Shown in pieces: positions 12,669-24,394 of a stretch of DNA of 59,372 nt. The stretch is from assembly GCA_009602725.1 (NCBI GenBank), contig WELB01000027.1, positions 332,755 to 392,126 of the forward strand, given 5' to 3'. The notes beneath the pieces were generated by a model. The model searched no databases. It was not told the DNA's origin and worked only from the letters and a program-made list of their open reading frames with translations. Position 1 is the stretch's first letter. Each line of letters begins with the position of its first letter. This stretch comes from Spirogloea muscicola. Lineage: Eukaryota. The position numbers were made by a program, and so were the translations under genes.

Positions 12669-15600
12669 CTACTTGAAGCATTTGGCCTCAAGAAGAGGGA
12701 GGCCATGAATCACATCAGGCTCTTCCATGTACTGGTTGATCAGCTCCTTCTGCTCCTCGTTTGTGATGTCCACCTGTTCCTCCACAATAGACCAGAAGCC
12801 ATCTCACCTTTCATCAAAGAGGGCCTCAAGAGATACTCAATGGCGAGGATGCTCAGCCATAGTAGCTCAATTGCATGTTGGTGAATAAATGGGACAAGAT
12901 GTGAGACAGGTCCACACAATAGCACAAAATTCACAAGCTGTGGAGACATTGTATTCACTTGCTGTTCCATCCTCATGTTGCCCGAAATATGGCTTTGTAA
13001 GAAGCAGGCCTTACCTTTGTCCACTCGTACAATTCGCAGTCGTAGCACTCATCCATCACAAAGGGTGGAACTTCAAGACCACGGAACAGCCAAAAGCCCC
13101 TGATCTCATATGGCGCCTTGTCGCCAAGAATGCAGAGCTTAGCGAAGGCGTATTTGCGGGCCAGATCCATGCGCTGCAAGAATCCGCTGACTTTGTTCAT
13201 GGTGACAAATGGAACTTGATTTTCATCATTGTACTTGTAATCGCAGAACCACAGTGAATAGCCCTCTGGGTCATACATTTCCCAGAAGCCTGTAACAAAT
13301 TGAGCTCAGCAATGACAAATTATACACTGTGAGAAGTACAACTTCCTTGAAGCTGCACTTTGCTGTCCACAGCTGCAAGGCATCATGATTGGTCAACTTC
13401 CGTCACAGGTGATGCGGTTCATTGCTGGCACCCTGTTGGCATAGAATTATTGTGAGGTCGTCATAGCAGCACCTGGGAAGTCTACTGGGCCAATCCAACT
13501 GTGGAGACTTACCCTTTATGGCAACTTCGCGAAACTCCTTTGCTTTGGTATTCGAGTACAACCGCTTCCAGGCATCCATGATCATGGGGCTGGGAGGGAG
13601 GGAGTCCAAGGGGTTTTTGGCCTTCGGTTTTGGTGCTGCATCCTCTTCATCCATGGATGAGGATGGGGGTGTAGCCGCTGGTGCAGACTCTGTTGGCTTT
13701 GCCTCTGCCACAGCCTGCCACATTCATTTGAAGCACAAGTCATGTATCCGATGAAACCTCTCTTGGTGTCCTGTAAGATTCAGGACCACAACCAGCAGAA
13801 GTGCTGCTGCATTTACCGGCAGAATTCAATATGTGTATCCTAGAGCCCAGTGTCACCCTGTTCTTGACAATCTGCCTAGAGCTCTGGAAGCCAGACCTAT
13901 ACAACTATATGTGGCCACTCGTGACTGAGGCCTTACCGCAGCAGCAGCAATGGCCGAAGCTCCAGCTGCACCTGCCTCAGCTGCGCCCTCAGAATCAGCT
14001 GCGCCCTCAGAATCCTCCTGTGCAGGAGTGATCGGCGTTGCAGGTGCAGCCACAGGTGTCTGCGCCTTGGCAGCAGGTGGAGACTGCAGAGGCTGTTTTG
14101 CCTGCTCAAGGTTGCCAATGACCTTCTTAAAATTTGGCTGGTTGATGAGGGTGAAGAAATAGCGCTCAACGTGGGGGAACTCTGCCGTAAAGTCCTTGGT
14201 GCAGGCGTACTTGAAAGGCTGGACGAGATTGCAAACCACAATGATATCTGCTAGAGTGACACTGCTTCCGACGAGGTACGTGTTGCTTTCCAAGTGACTG
14301 TTGAGGGCTCCCAAGCCCCTCTTGACTGCTGCAATTGCGAAGTCCTCTGCCTGCCGGTATGAATACACAAAGGAACTTGATTGAAGCCATAACTGTGTCG
14401 TAAGTGCTTGTGCTTACCTCTGTCTACTTTAATGTACAGACATTTAGAAAGACCCACAAGAGATTGCACCCATGAAGAAATAGATGTGCAGTTTGACCGT
14501 AGTACGCTCTTACAAGGGCAAGGTAACCCAGTCATCCGCACCTCTTGGCTCCAGGGCATGTATCCCATCAAGGGGCCAATCCATTGCCTGATAGGGACTT
14601 CTATTTCACCGACAGAGAAGTCAATCCACTGCTCAATATGCGCCTGCAACAATATGTGCCGCCTATCAGCTTGCCAGCACATGCAAAGAAAAGTGCCCAA
14701 GTGCACTGCAGTCCTAGAATGCCTCATCGAACCCTACACGACGAGGCTTGTTGTACATCATCATCAGCCTCATCATCAGCCTCACAGTAAACCGCATAGA
14801 TACTCAGATAAATGCGTATATCTCTGTCATTCTTACCATATCAATGAGAGAGGAGCCATAGAGCCCTTTGTCAGCGAGCCTTGAGACTGCAAGCAGGGCA
14901 AATACATCTCGCAGCTGAGAGCCTACTCAGGGTCACGGAATGCTGTGGTATGTGACTATCAACATGTGTCAATAACATGAGCTCTCCACTGGTATTCTTC
15001 CTGCAAATGAATGAGCAAACTACAGGAAGGACCTTGTGGTGAGAGGGCCTTGTGGGGGACTCTTGGAGCATAACAGACGCCAACATGTAAGCGGCTGTGA
15101 GCCTGGAAGTAGCTTCCAAATCGTTTTTAAGGTAAGTAGGCTCAGGATTGGCATACCGTAGCGTGCGATGGCATTGCTCTCAAAAATTGTTCCACTTGGT
15201 GTCTCCAGCACTGGTACCTGCAAGCATGGAGACATTATGCCTCTTTATCATTTGGTGTGCAGTCAGGCTTCTTTTCCTGTACATGGAACCCAGCGTCCAG
15301 GAAGCACTGCTACTTCCTGCTCCATTGAACTCCAAATACCTTGAACCGGCTCTACCTTTCCTCATCACAAGCTTGTGACTGAGCATCACTGTGCTGGACA
15401 TGCACAATACAGAGCACAACTTTCGACAGCGGCCCGACGGGTCTCACCTTCCCAATAGGTGTCAGTTGCTTGATTTTGCCTGACTTGAAGGTGTCAGGGT
15501 CCCACTGAGGTACGTCAACCTTGACGCCAGCGTACTCCGCTGCTACCAGGCACTTGTATGCGTTCTTGTTGTTGGGAAAGGAGTGCAGTTTCTGCGAGAG

Positions 15601-16102
15601 AAAGCGACAGCAGGCGCAGGTGGCTACTTGAATGAGAACAACGTCAGCTAGCCTGAGCAAGAGATAACGAGCACAAGGACTAGGAGGTCATAGGGGCACT
15701 GTCTGAAGCTATGACCGGTTCTTGTCCTTGCGTAGCACAAAATTGTGCAAGCAGTGGTCGACAGTACTGCTAGAACGTCTTTAAGAGTCGCCGCCCACGG
15801 GCTGCGACACGGAGGCCTCCAGGGACACAGCTCGCAAGGCTGACGGACGAGCTGCAGACCTAGACCGACGACGGAGGCGCAGAGGAAGCGAAGACGACAC
15901 CAGTGTCATCACATAAACGAAGCTGCAAGAGAGCTCCCGCGTGGCAAGTCAGCTCCGCCGACGGACACGAGCGGTCCGAGGCCAGCATGCTGCACGAGAC
16001 GCTGGGCTTCTGGCGGACGGACCAGGGCTGGGGTCGGCAGAAGGCGGGCCAACGAGCGCCGATCTTGGAGTGGCGGAGGGAAGATGGCCTCACCAGAGCC
16101 AT
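12669..16102 (-). CDS. EEF1G: Translation elongation factor 1B gamma, multi-exon
   Basis: MAL|KLHSFPNNKNAYKCLVAAEY; IFESNAIARY; EQWIDF; TYLVGSSVTLADI; KNPLDSLPPSPMIMDAWKRLYSNTK; YDPEGYSLWFCDYKY; C-terminus LLEAKCFK*. Confidence 0.95.
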
Positions 16103-16178
16103 GGCGGCGGCGGCGGCGGCGATGGCGATGGCGGCGGCGGCGGCGGCAGCGGCGGCGGCGGCGGCGGCGGCGGCGGCA
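16102..16178. repeat. (GGC)n repeat immediately upstream of the EF1B-gamma start codon
   Basis: Directly visible in the sequence. Confidence 0.9.
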
Positions 16179-17069
16179 ATGGAGCTCTGGCGAATACCTG
16201 CACGGGGGGGGTTCTCCACGGGCACCGATTCCTGGCAGCAGCCACCTGGCTGCCACGGGACCTGGGAGGAGACTTGCGTGCATCGGAGGAAAATGGGTGG
16301 CCAAGTGGCCAAGCACATCTGATGTCGGACGTTACCCATTGCCAATTGACCCGCTCAAGACCACGGGTCAGCATGTAGAGGTCACTGAGCAATAATACCG
16401 GATGGCAGATTCCAACCTCCTTCTGCGACTAATAACCAGAGCTCCGCCCAGCTTCCTGGTGCAAAGAGAAAGTGCTCGCCCATTTAGGATAGGGGCTGGA
16501 AGAGCCAGCCCAAAAAAGAACCAACAAAGCACGTGGTGCAAAGCATGAAATCAAGCGCGCTGCGTGGGGGCAAAGGGGCCGCAGCAGGAACCCGCAGAGG
16601 AGCTCGTTTCCCGGGGCATCTCCACAACCCCTGGGGCCTTAAGCCTTAAGCCTTAAGCTTCTTCTTAAGCCCCGACGGGGGCTTTGGGCCGGAGACGGGC
16701 TAACGTGGCGTGCCCGTTGCGGCGGCGGCACGTTCGGGCTGATCGCGAACTGATCGCCACGCTGGCCTCCACGTCGGATCATCCGACGGCCCGGCGATGC
16801 CACGTGGGATGACCATGTGGATTTCTTTGTGGCACTAGTCTGGGTGAGGGTCCTCCTCCCCACCCCTCGAGGGCAGCGGCGGCTGATCGAGACCGCGGTG
16901 GTATTTGGGTTGGGCGCCAAATAGGAAAATGATTTAGGACCCTGGTAAGGCGTTGATCTGGAACGGGTGAGAGGAATGAGCTTTTGGGAGCGAACGGAGA
17001 CGAGGCTCGACCGCTGCAGAGGTCATTTGGCCATCGCCGACCAGTCCCACTTCCCTCCCGCTTCACGCC

Positions 17070-20000
17070 ATGGCGGCCGCTTTGTCGAGCCGCGCCGTCG
17101 CCGCCGCGCCGACCGGCATCTCTACCGCGTCCGCCGCGCGCAGGTAAGAGCGAGTCGGCATGACGACGCTTGCTGGCAACCACGTTGCCAGCTTGGCATC
17201 AATGCGTGTCAGCTTCTGCTAGTTATCGAGCAAGTGCTGCCAGGCCCTGCATTGGCTGTTCCGGAGGCCGGTAACCTTGGACTGTGACTTCGAGCTTCAC
17301 AACGCGGGTGCAGCATAGCATCTGATTGCCACAGTGATCACAGTGCTAACCGATCCTGGACGTGCTTGCACTGAAGCGAGGGGAAACATTGCTGCTTTCT
17401 CGGCTGCCGTGCTGACAGAAGCAAGTGAACGTCAAGATGTTCTCTCAGTCACGTGTTCTTACTTGTTACTAAGTTGCTTTGTCCTGTATGCTTATCTACA
17501 GGGCCAGCGCTCCAAAGGAGGTGGCGTTATGCATTGCCTGCCCTAAGTCAATCACATATTCTGGTCTTCGCTGCGATGAGCTGTTTGGAGCAACTCTTGA
17601 GCAGTCGCAATTGAGAAGCCAGGTATGCTAGTCAGCAGGCCACATGATGCACTCCAGCTACCTTGTGTCTGTCATACGTGATAACCACCAGGGCTGTCAG
17701 GAGGGGCCCCTTCAGATTCATCTAACTCTTTCTAGCCACTGAAGTGGTCCTTGCCTACCCAAATGTGGTACACGTGATGCTTATGCGTGTCCACTTTTGC
17801 CAACAATATGTGAAAGCAGCTCCGACGAGTATAGTCCCTCTTTGATCGTGCATAGTTGTTCCTTGAGTCTTGCTTTGAAGTCACAAGCACCATAGCAGGT
17901 AGTATTAGGACTTACCTTTATCCCAATGCAGGTGAGGAGAGCTATCTGGCGGCCAAGCCAGCAGGCCACAAAGTCATCAGCTATTGTCGTCACTGCTGCA
18001 GCCAGTGCTCCAAAGAAGATACTGATGCTTGGAGGCACGCGTTTCATTGGCCTCTACCTGGCACGCCTGCTTGTCAAGGATGGTCATGAGGTGCGAATGG
18101 CCTCCTCAAGAGTTTCACAGACGCCGCCAATAAGCAGCAGCTTCTTGAAGCACAGGTTCATGTGGAATGTTTGTTGTGACAGCAGCTCAATGCAACGTGC
18201 ATTCTTGGTTGTAGGTTACTTTGTTCACAAGAGGGAAGAGCCCCATCACACAGCAGATTCCGGGGGAATCGGATGAGGAGTATGCAGAGTACTCCTCCAA
18301 GGTGGTTAAGAGCATCCTCAAATGCTTGAGAAGGCAGTCCTCGAGCGAGCTTGCGCTTGCTTTTTGCATCTTGCTGAGGACACTTTCGCTCATGTTAGCA
18401 CAGGTGTGCTTTGAGACTCTGCGCTGAAGGCAAGCTAGTCAAGCTGGCCCTCCACAGACAAGGATACCCGTGCTCATTTCAAAACCAACCCATTGTGCAG
18501 GTGAAGCACCTTAAGGGTGATAGGGGTGATCCAGCGGCGGTAAAGAGCGCCCTTGAAGGCACGGGCTTCCAAGTCGTGTATGACATCAATGGTGAGCCCC
18601 ATCCTCTTGTGATCACTTTAAGGACTGCCTATATTCATGACTGCAGCTCCTCGGCGTGGACTAAGATGGCAGTGTCTTGTGCTTGCAGGACGAGAAGCAA
18701 CTGATTTAGAGCCTGTCCTGGATGCTTTGCCGAACCTTGAGCAGTGAGTTCTGTTGAGATAGCACTGTATTGAGATCCTTATACTCGGAAATAGTCACTG
18801 CAACAACTTTGCTGAATAAGTACCACAACAAGCCTACGTCAGAAAGAACGTCAAACTGCCATGGACTTGCTGATGCTGATGTATTGCCTTACCTCTACAC
18901 ATTGAGTTCCAGATATTATAGCCCCTGATGCTTTCATGTTGGCCACCATATGCAGCTACATATTCTGCTCATCTGCTGGAGTCTATCTGAAGACAGACCA
19001 GCTTCCCCATCGGGAGGTTTGTGTGGCACTGACCTTTGTTGAAGACTGAAATTGAGGCTGCATCATTTGCATCGATTTTAGCATCTCTATCATACAGATA
19101 GTCAGGGATATTACGCCAAAGACTTTCTGATCCAGGTTGCATATCTGGAATTATGAAGCTCATTCTGGCAGTCTTTTTGTTCATTGTCCAGCAAGACGCT
19201 GTTGATCCAAAGAGTCGGCATAAGGGCAAGCTGGACACAGAGGCAATGCTGCAGTCTCGGGGGGTTGCCTTCACCTCAGTCCGCCCTGTTTACATCTATG
19301 GCCCGCTCAACTACAATCCCGTGGAGGAGTGGTTCTTCCAGCGCTTGGCTGCAGGCAGACCTATCCCAGTTCCGAACTCTGGGTTGCAGATTACACAGCT
19401 TGGTCATGTTAAGGTAAGGAACAGCTTGGAGTACGCTGCCTCTTTGCCTCTGTAGCCTCACTGCCTCAGCATCCTCCTTCCTCTTGGACGCGGGACCGTG
19501 ATGAGTCTTATTCTTCAGAGTGATGGCTAGTCTCACGTCACTAGAGGGCAACCTGGTGAAGCAGTGCCTGTCATGAACAACCATGGATATCATCGGCTTG
19601 CTTATTTGCACAGATTGGCACAGTAGGATGCCCTTCAACAGATCATCTCTTCACAAAGTGCCACGCAGCATGTTTTGCACAGGATTTGGCCGTTGCCTTC
19701 GTTAAGATTCTTAATAATGAGAAGGCCATTGGACAGATATACAACATCTCTGGTCCAAAGTATGTGACCTTCGACGGCATTGCCAAGGCTTGTGCCAAGG
19801 TAATTGTCAGCTAGATCACCCCAGTATTGTGGGTCACTATGTCTCGGAAGACAACTGAGCTTAGCACTTATGTGAGCTTGCGAGAAGGACTAGGACTCTG
19901 CGTACAAGGCTCTAAACCTGCTACAACTTGCTGATGCCGCGTCCTTAATCCGCGTAGGCGGGCGGCTTTCCGGCACCAGAGATCATCCACTACAACCCGA

Positions 20001-20426
20001 AAGAGTTCGACTTTGGCAAGAAAAAGGGCTTCCCTCTCCGAGACCAGGTCAGCTCCTCGTGCAGATCCTTGTGCCACATGCTAATGAATCAATGCAAGCA
20101 CACAGGCTGGAAACCTCTTGCTGCCATAAGAACCTCTTCTGATGCACGCAATTGCTCTTTGACAAGCGTTTACTCTGCCAGCATCAGCTTAGCATACATG
20201 CTTGCTGCGTGTTAACGGCCTGTATTTCATTCTGCAGCACTTCTTTGCCTCAAATGAGAAGGCCGAGAAGGAGCTTGGTTGGAAGCCCGAGTTTGATCTT
20301 GTGGAAGGCCTTACAGACTCTTACAACCATGACTTTGGGAGGGGCACCTTCCGCAAGGAGGCAGACTTTAGTACTGATGACATGATACTCGAGAAAGTGA
20401 GCGTCAAGGTTCCTGTTTCTGCTTAA
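17070..20426 (+). CDS. CSP41B: Chloroplast stem-loop RNA-binding protein of 41 kDa b, multi-exon
   Basis: Transit-peptide-like exons; KKILMLGGTRFIGLYLARLLVKDGHEV; DAVDPKSRHKGK; RPVYIYGPLNYNPVEEWFF; YNHDFGRGTFRKEADFSTDDMIL. Confidence 0.95.
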
Positions 20427-21042
20427 TTGGAAATATTAGGCAACGTGAGCAGTGAGATTCTTTTAGCAAGTTAAACACTAGACGCAGATTAGCTGTGCAG
20501 CAGAATTCATGTGACATGATAAGCTGAGCACCACCTCTTGAACTGGCGCCCTGGAGCTCCTGCCACCATTGTTACCATTCCTACCATTGGAGTGTAGCCG
20601 CCTTATGCTGCTTTTTATGCCATGGTATTTGGAAGCTCACCAACATTCATAAGCCCTTCAGGTGCTGTCTGTGCTCTGGTGTGAAGTCATTTCTGCAGAG
20701 CGAGTCATCCCATTCATTTATATCCCGTCATTTCATTCACTGATCTAGTGCGTGTCTGCAGAATGGAGCAAAAATCGGAGGAGCACAATTTAAATTAAAA
20801 GATAGTATATAATTTGCGGCTGTCTTTTAGGGCCAATCTTCCTTTGAGGCAGGACTCTGTGTAGCACACAGGCTACAAAAAGGACAAAGGTGAGGGAAAA
20901 CAAACACCGGTCTACCACAGGTGCAGGGCTGCCTGCGGAAAGCCTGGAGGTCAGACTGGAAGTGGCTGCCTTAAGGGGGGTGGGGCAGCAATATGTGGCC
21001 CTGAAGCCATGTACCGGGCCACCTATCCGATGCAGCACCAAG

Positions 21043-21733
21043 TGTAACGATTTTACATGGCTGGAATGTCAATGCAGCAGTAATGTATTGACAGATGCCT
21101 GGAGACTAGACACCTCATCCGGCTGATAAGTAAATTGACTGTCAGTGCCGCAGGAAAGGCTTGACAGATGCCTGGAGACGGACACTTCACCAGGCTGGGA
21201 AGCGTGAATTCAACCTAGAGCTGAGAGCGGCGCAACCCGAAGTCGTGACGCGCGAGACAGCATGATGCTGGCGCTGGAACGGCGACGGGAGGCGGCAGCG
21301 CTGTAGACTGCCTTGACGGCGTTGTTAGCCGTATGTTGACGGGAACGTAGACGGCTCACGATAGCCTGGGGTTAGTGATCGTCAGCTGCTAGTGACGGGG
21401 GGGACCGTCAGTATGTCAGTGGTTGGTTGCTGATGGATGGGTAGATTGTCGGTAGTAGCCCGTTGATAGCCGTCGACAGATTGTGGACGGGTCGTGAACG
21501 CTAGACTGGGTGCCAGTTATCCCACCCGGGCCCTTGTGGCCGGGCTCGCAGTCTGTTGGGCTATATAGGAGGCACCCGAGATGGGAGAGGGTTTTGAGTT
21601 CTTCATCCCCTGGAGCCTTGCTCCTGTAGTATCCGTTGCTCAATTTTACCGTTGCAGCCCCATTCCAATGCCTTCCCCGCTTTTCCTTGCGCCGCCGGCA
21701 GCCCGGGCTTGGCGATCCACAGCATTCTTTACA
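21043..21733 (+). mobile_element. Solo LTR (691 bp)
   Basis: TGTAA...TTACA termini with a 5-bp target-site duplication CCAAG (21038-21042 and 21734-21738). TATA-like ctatatagg at about 21561. Internal direct repeat ttgacagatgcctggagac at about 21088 and 21161. Confidence 0.85.
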
Positions 21734-22807
21734 CCAAGCACGCTGCCATGAAGCAGGCAATGAGAGGTGGGCTGCTGCTTACAATTATACGCTACTGTGG
21801 AAGCCAGCTAACTGCACGCAGTTAGTGGCGGATGGCTCTGCTAAGCTCCTGCCAGCCCCCTAGGAAACATAGCACCTGACGCCCTAAGAAGAGGATGAAC
21901 AGACGGCATGGTAAAAGCTAGTGATGTAGTACAACACATAGCACTACAAAAATATATGAATCATGCTGATGAACAGCACAGGAAAGGTTGGGGATCACAC
22001 ACATCGTCCTGACCCGCAACACTACTCAACTTGGAATTTGATAAAGAATAGGGAACTGCTCAACTGATGTCTGCGATTGCTGGAGGCCAGCCCCGGCATG
22101 AAACAGATGCTGCCAATGAGTAGGTCTGCTTCTGCTTTGTGGCGCCTTGCCAACAAGCATTGAGTGGCTGCTTGTTGGCCAACACGTCCACTGCCACCTG
22201 GCGGCTCAGGTAGAGTTACATGGGCTCAACCGGTTGGAAGATTGCAAGCTCCTCCTTTTAGGAACAGGCCAACCGGAGGACTAGCAACTGTCGGGGCAGG
22301 AGGATGACCGCAAAGGTGGCTGCTGCAGCAGAAAGAGCATCACTCACTTCTGGAAGCTCAGTACCTTAAAGACAGGAGGTCAGGTAGCTAGGAGGACTGG
22401 GAACGGACCCTCCCGTGCATAAGCTCAACGCAGCAACTACAGAGAATTTGGCCTGCAAGTGCGAGGCGAGGCTGCCGGCCTTCATGTGCTGCCTGCATAT
22501 GACGAGTCGACTTGGCTGTTGGCTGTTGGTGGCATGGAAAAAAGAATGTATGTATGCCGGCGTGCCATCAAGGAGTGGCCAGAGCGAGTACTTGTAGCTA
22601 CGTGAGTAGGCGTCATGCCGATGACTCAGGGAGGGGTGGGAGCAGCGAGGGGGCTCTGTGGGAAGGGGAGCTACTGCGGCTCTAACTCAGCTGCTAAGTA
22701 CTCAAATTTGCGGCTATTGACTGAGGCGTATTGAGAACCCATTTGTCGCAGCCCTCACAAAGCTCAGAGAATCTGCTCATTCCTGCCCCTTCAGACCTTG
22801 TCCACTC

Positions 22808-23400
22808 CTTTGGGGCTGGCCTTTGACAGCCATCGCTTCTCTTTCCACCCAAGGAGGTGTGCTGGTTGCCAACCCGGGGAGATTTTTTGGATAAGCGCAA
22901 ATGGAAACTACTCTGGCAGAATTGGCTGTCTATTCTCACAACGCGTCCAGGAGTCAAGGTCTAGACCTTCTCCAGCGGCTCGCATGTCGTTTGATCACCC
23001 GATGTCCAAGGCTAGCAAGGTGAGCAGCCCGGTTTACAAAGCCCCTGGGACACTCGCTCAGGTGTTCTACATGCGCCTGTCAGTCTCACCCGCGATCCCA
23101 GGCTTTTGCAGTGCACTCGCAGGCAAGGCCCGCTCTGGCTGCTGCTTCTGGATCTTCCTATTCTGTCAATATTCCGGCTGCAAGCTACAGTAACTTGCGG
23201 CTGCTGACTAGAGGTTACCAATAACTCGATTCTTCCTCCTCCAGGAGAGAGAGAGAAGGCTGCGGCGCGGTGCGCACGAAATTGACTTACGAGTGTCCTG
23301 GTAACTGGGTAATGAGCTGGCTAAGGGAGACACTCATATCCCCTCTCTCCAGGATGAGCGTGCGGGCTGACGAGCACAGTGGCTGCGGTCCAGTCAGCGC
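22808..23400. mobile_element. Non-LTR 3' end fragments: + copy about 23030-23225, - copy about 23250-23400, stem-loop at 22813
   Basis: APGTLAQVFYMRLSVS matches APGSWAQVYRMRLSVS of the 34660 copy. The reverse complement of 23270-23345 matches 34551-34650. Confidence 0.7.
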
Positions 23401-23783
23401 AGCTGCGAGTCTGCGAGCACGGCACGTTCGAGGGTCGCCGGGAGGCACGAGGGTCCGGGGTTCCCGGGGCCCCCGGCCGGCTGCGTCCTGCCCGGGGGAG
23501 GAGGAGGGGGGTGGGCTCTCCCTCCCTCCCCGTGCGGGTCCGAGCGCACGTGCGCGGCGTGGGTCAGGGGCACCCCCGGGGGAGATATTTGTGACGTGGC
23601 GGCGGCCGCCATAGCCGGCAGCCGACGTGGCAGGCCGGCCATGGAGGGCCACGCGGAAATATCTGGCCGCCATTCCCCCCCCCCCCATCGGCGACCGCCC
23701 ACGGCACCTCCCGAGGAGCTGCTCAAGTTGTTGTTCGAATCCCCCACGCCCGCGCGCCCCCACGAGCCCGCCCAGGACGCGGC

Positions 23784-23814
<31 letters not shown>

Positions 23815-24303
23815 GCGGATCGTGTGTCGGGGGGAGCACGCGCCTGCAAACCAGCGACGAAATTTGTTTATGAGGCCCTCTTAGATCTGGCTTTAGTTTA
23901 AGATGGACATCTAATGGTGGCTCCATTGTACTCTCGAATTCAGATCTCATTCATGTCAAAGCAGTACTAATCAGTGCTTTGTCTTCCGTCTGTGCGACAA
24001 TTGCTCAGCGATTACCGCAGAGATGACCGCATATTGCCATGGCTTCGAAATGGGGGCTCTTTGTCAACTGAGCCGGGCATCTTGGTAGAGAGATCGATGC
24101 ACGATGGCCGCCTTCCAGAAGACGGGGTGGGGTGCGTGATCACCACAAAGCGGGGAGTGCCGGGTTCCCCCCTCCGCCGCGTCTTTTACCCAGCAATCCG
24201 CTACCACACCTGAGCGCCGCGACGGCCCTCGAATCAAGTCCGTGAGGAAACCCTCCCCGGCGTGATCGGATCCGTCGACTAATCCACCCCCCCCATTGAG
24301 CAG

Positions 24304-24356
24304 ATGATGTCACTCAGTCCACACGGACGAGCTCACCGCCACCGCGCGCCAAGCTG

Positions 24357-24394
<38 letters not shown>

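Noticed and set aside
13975..14020. Short tandem duplication cagctgcgccctcagaat in EF1B-gamma
   Set aside because: Ordinary low-complexity linker expansion.
20790..22790. Possible decayed L1-like element flanking the solo LTR (SMIHIFL*C on the minus strand)
   Set aside because: Only a short degenerate motif is visible; a profile search would be needed.
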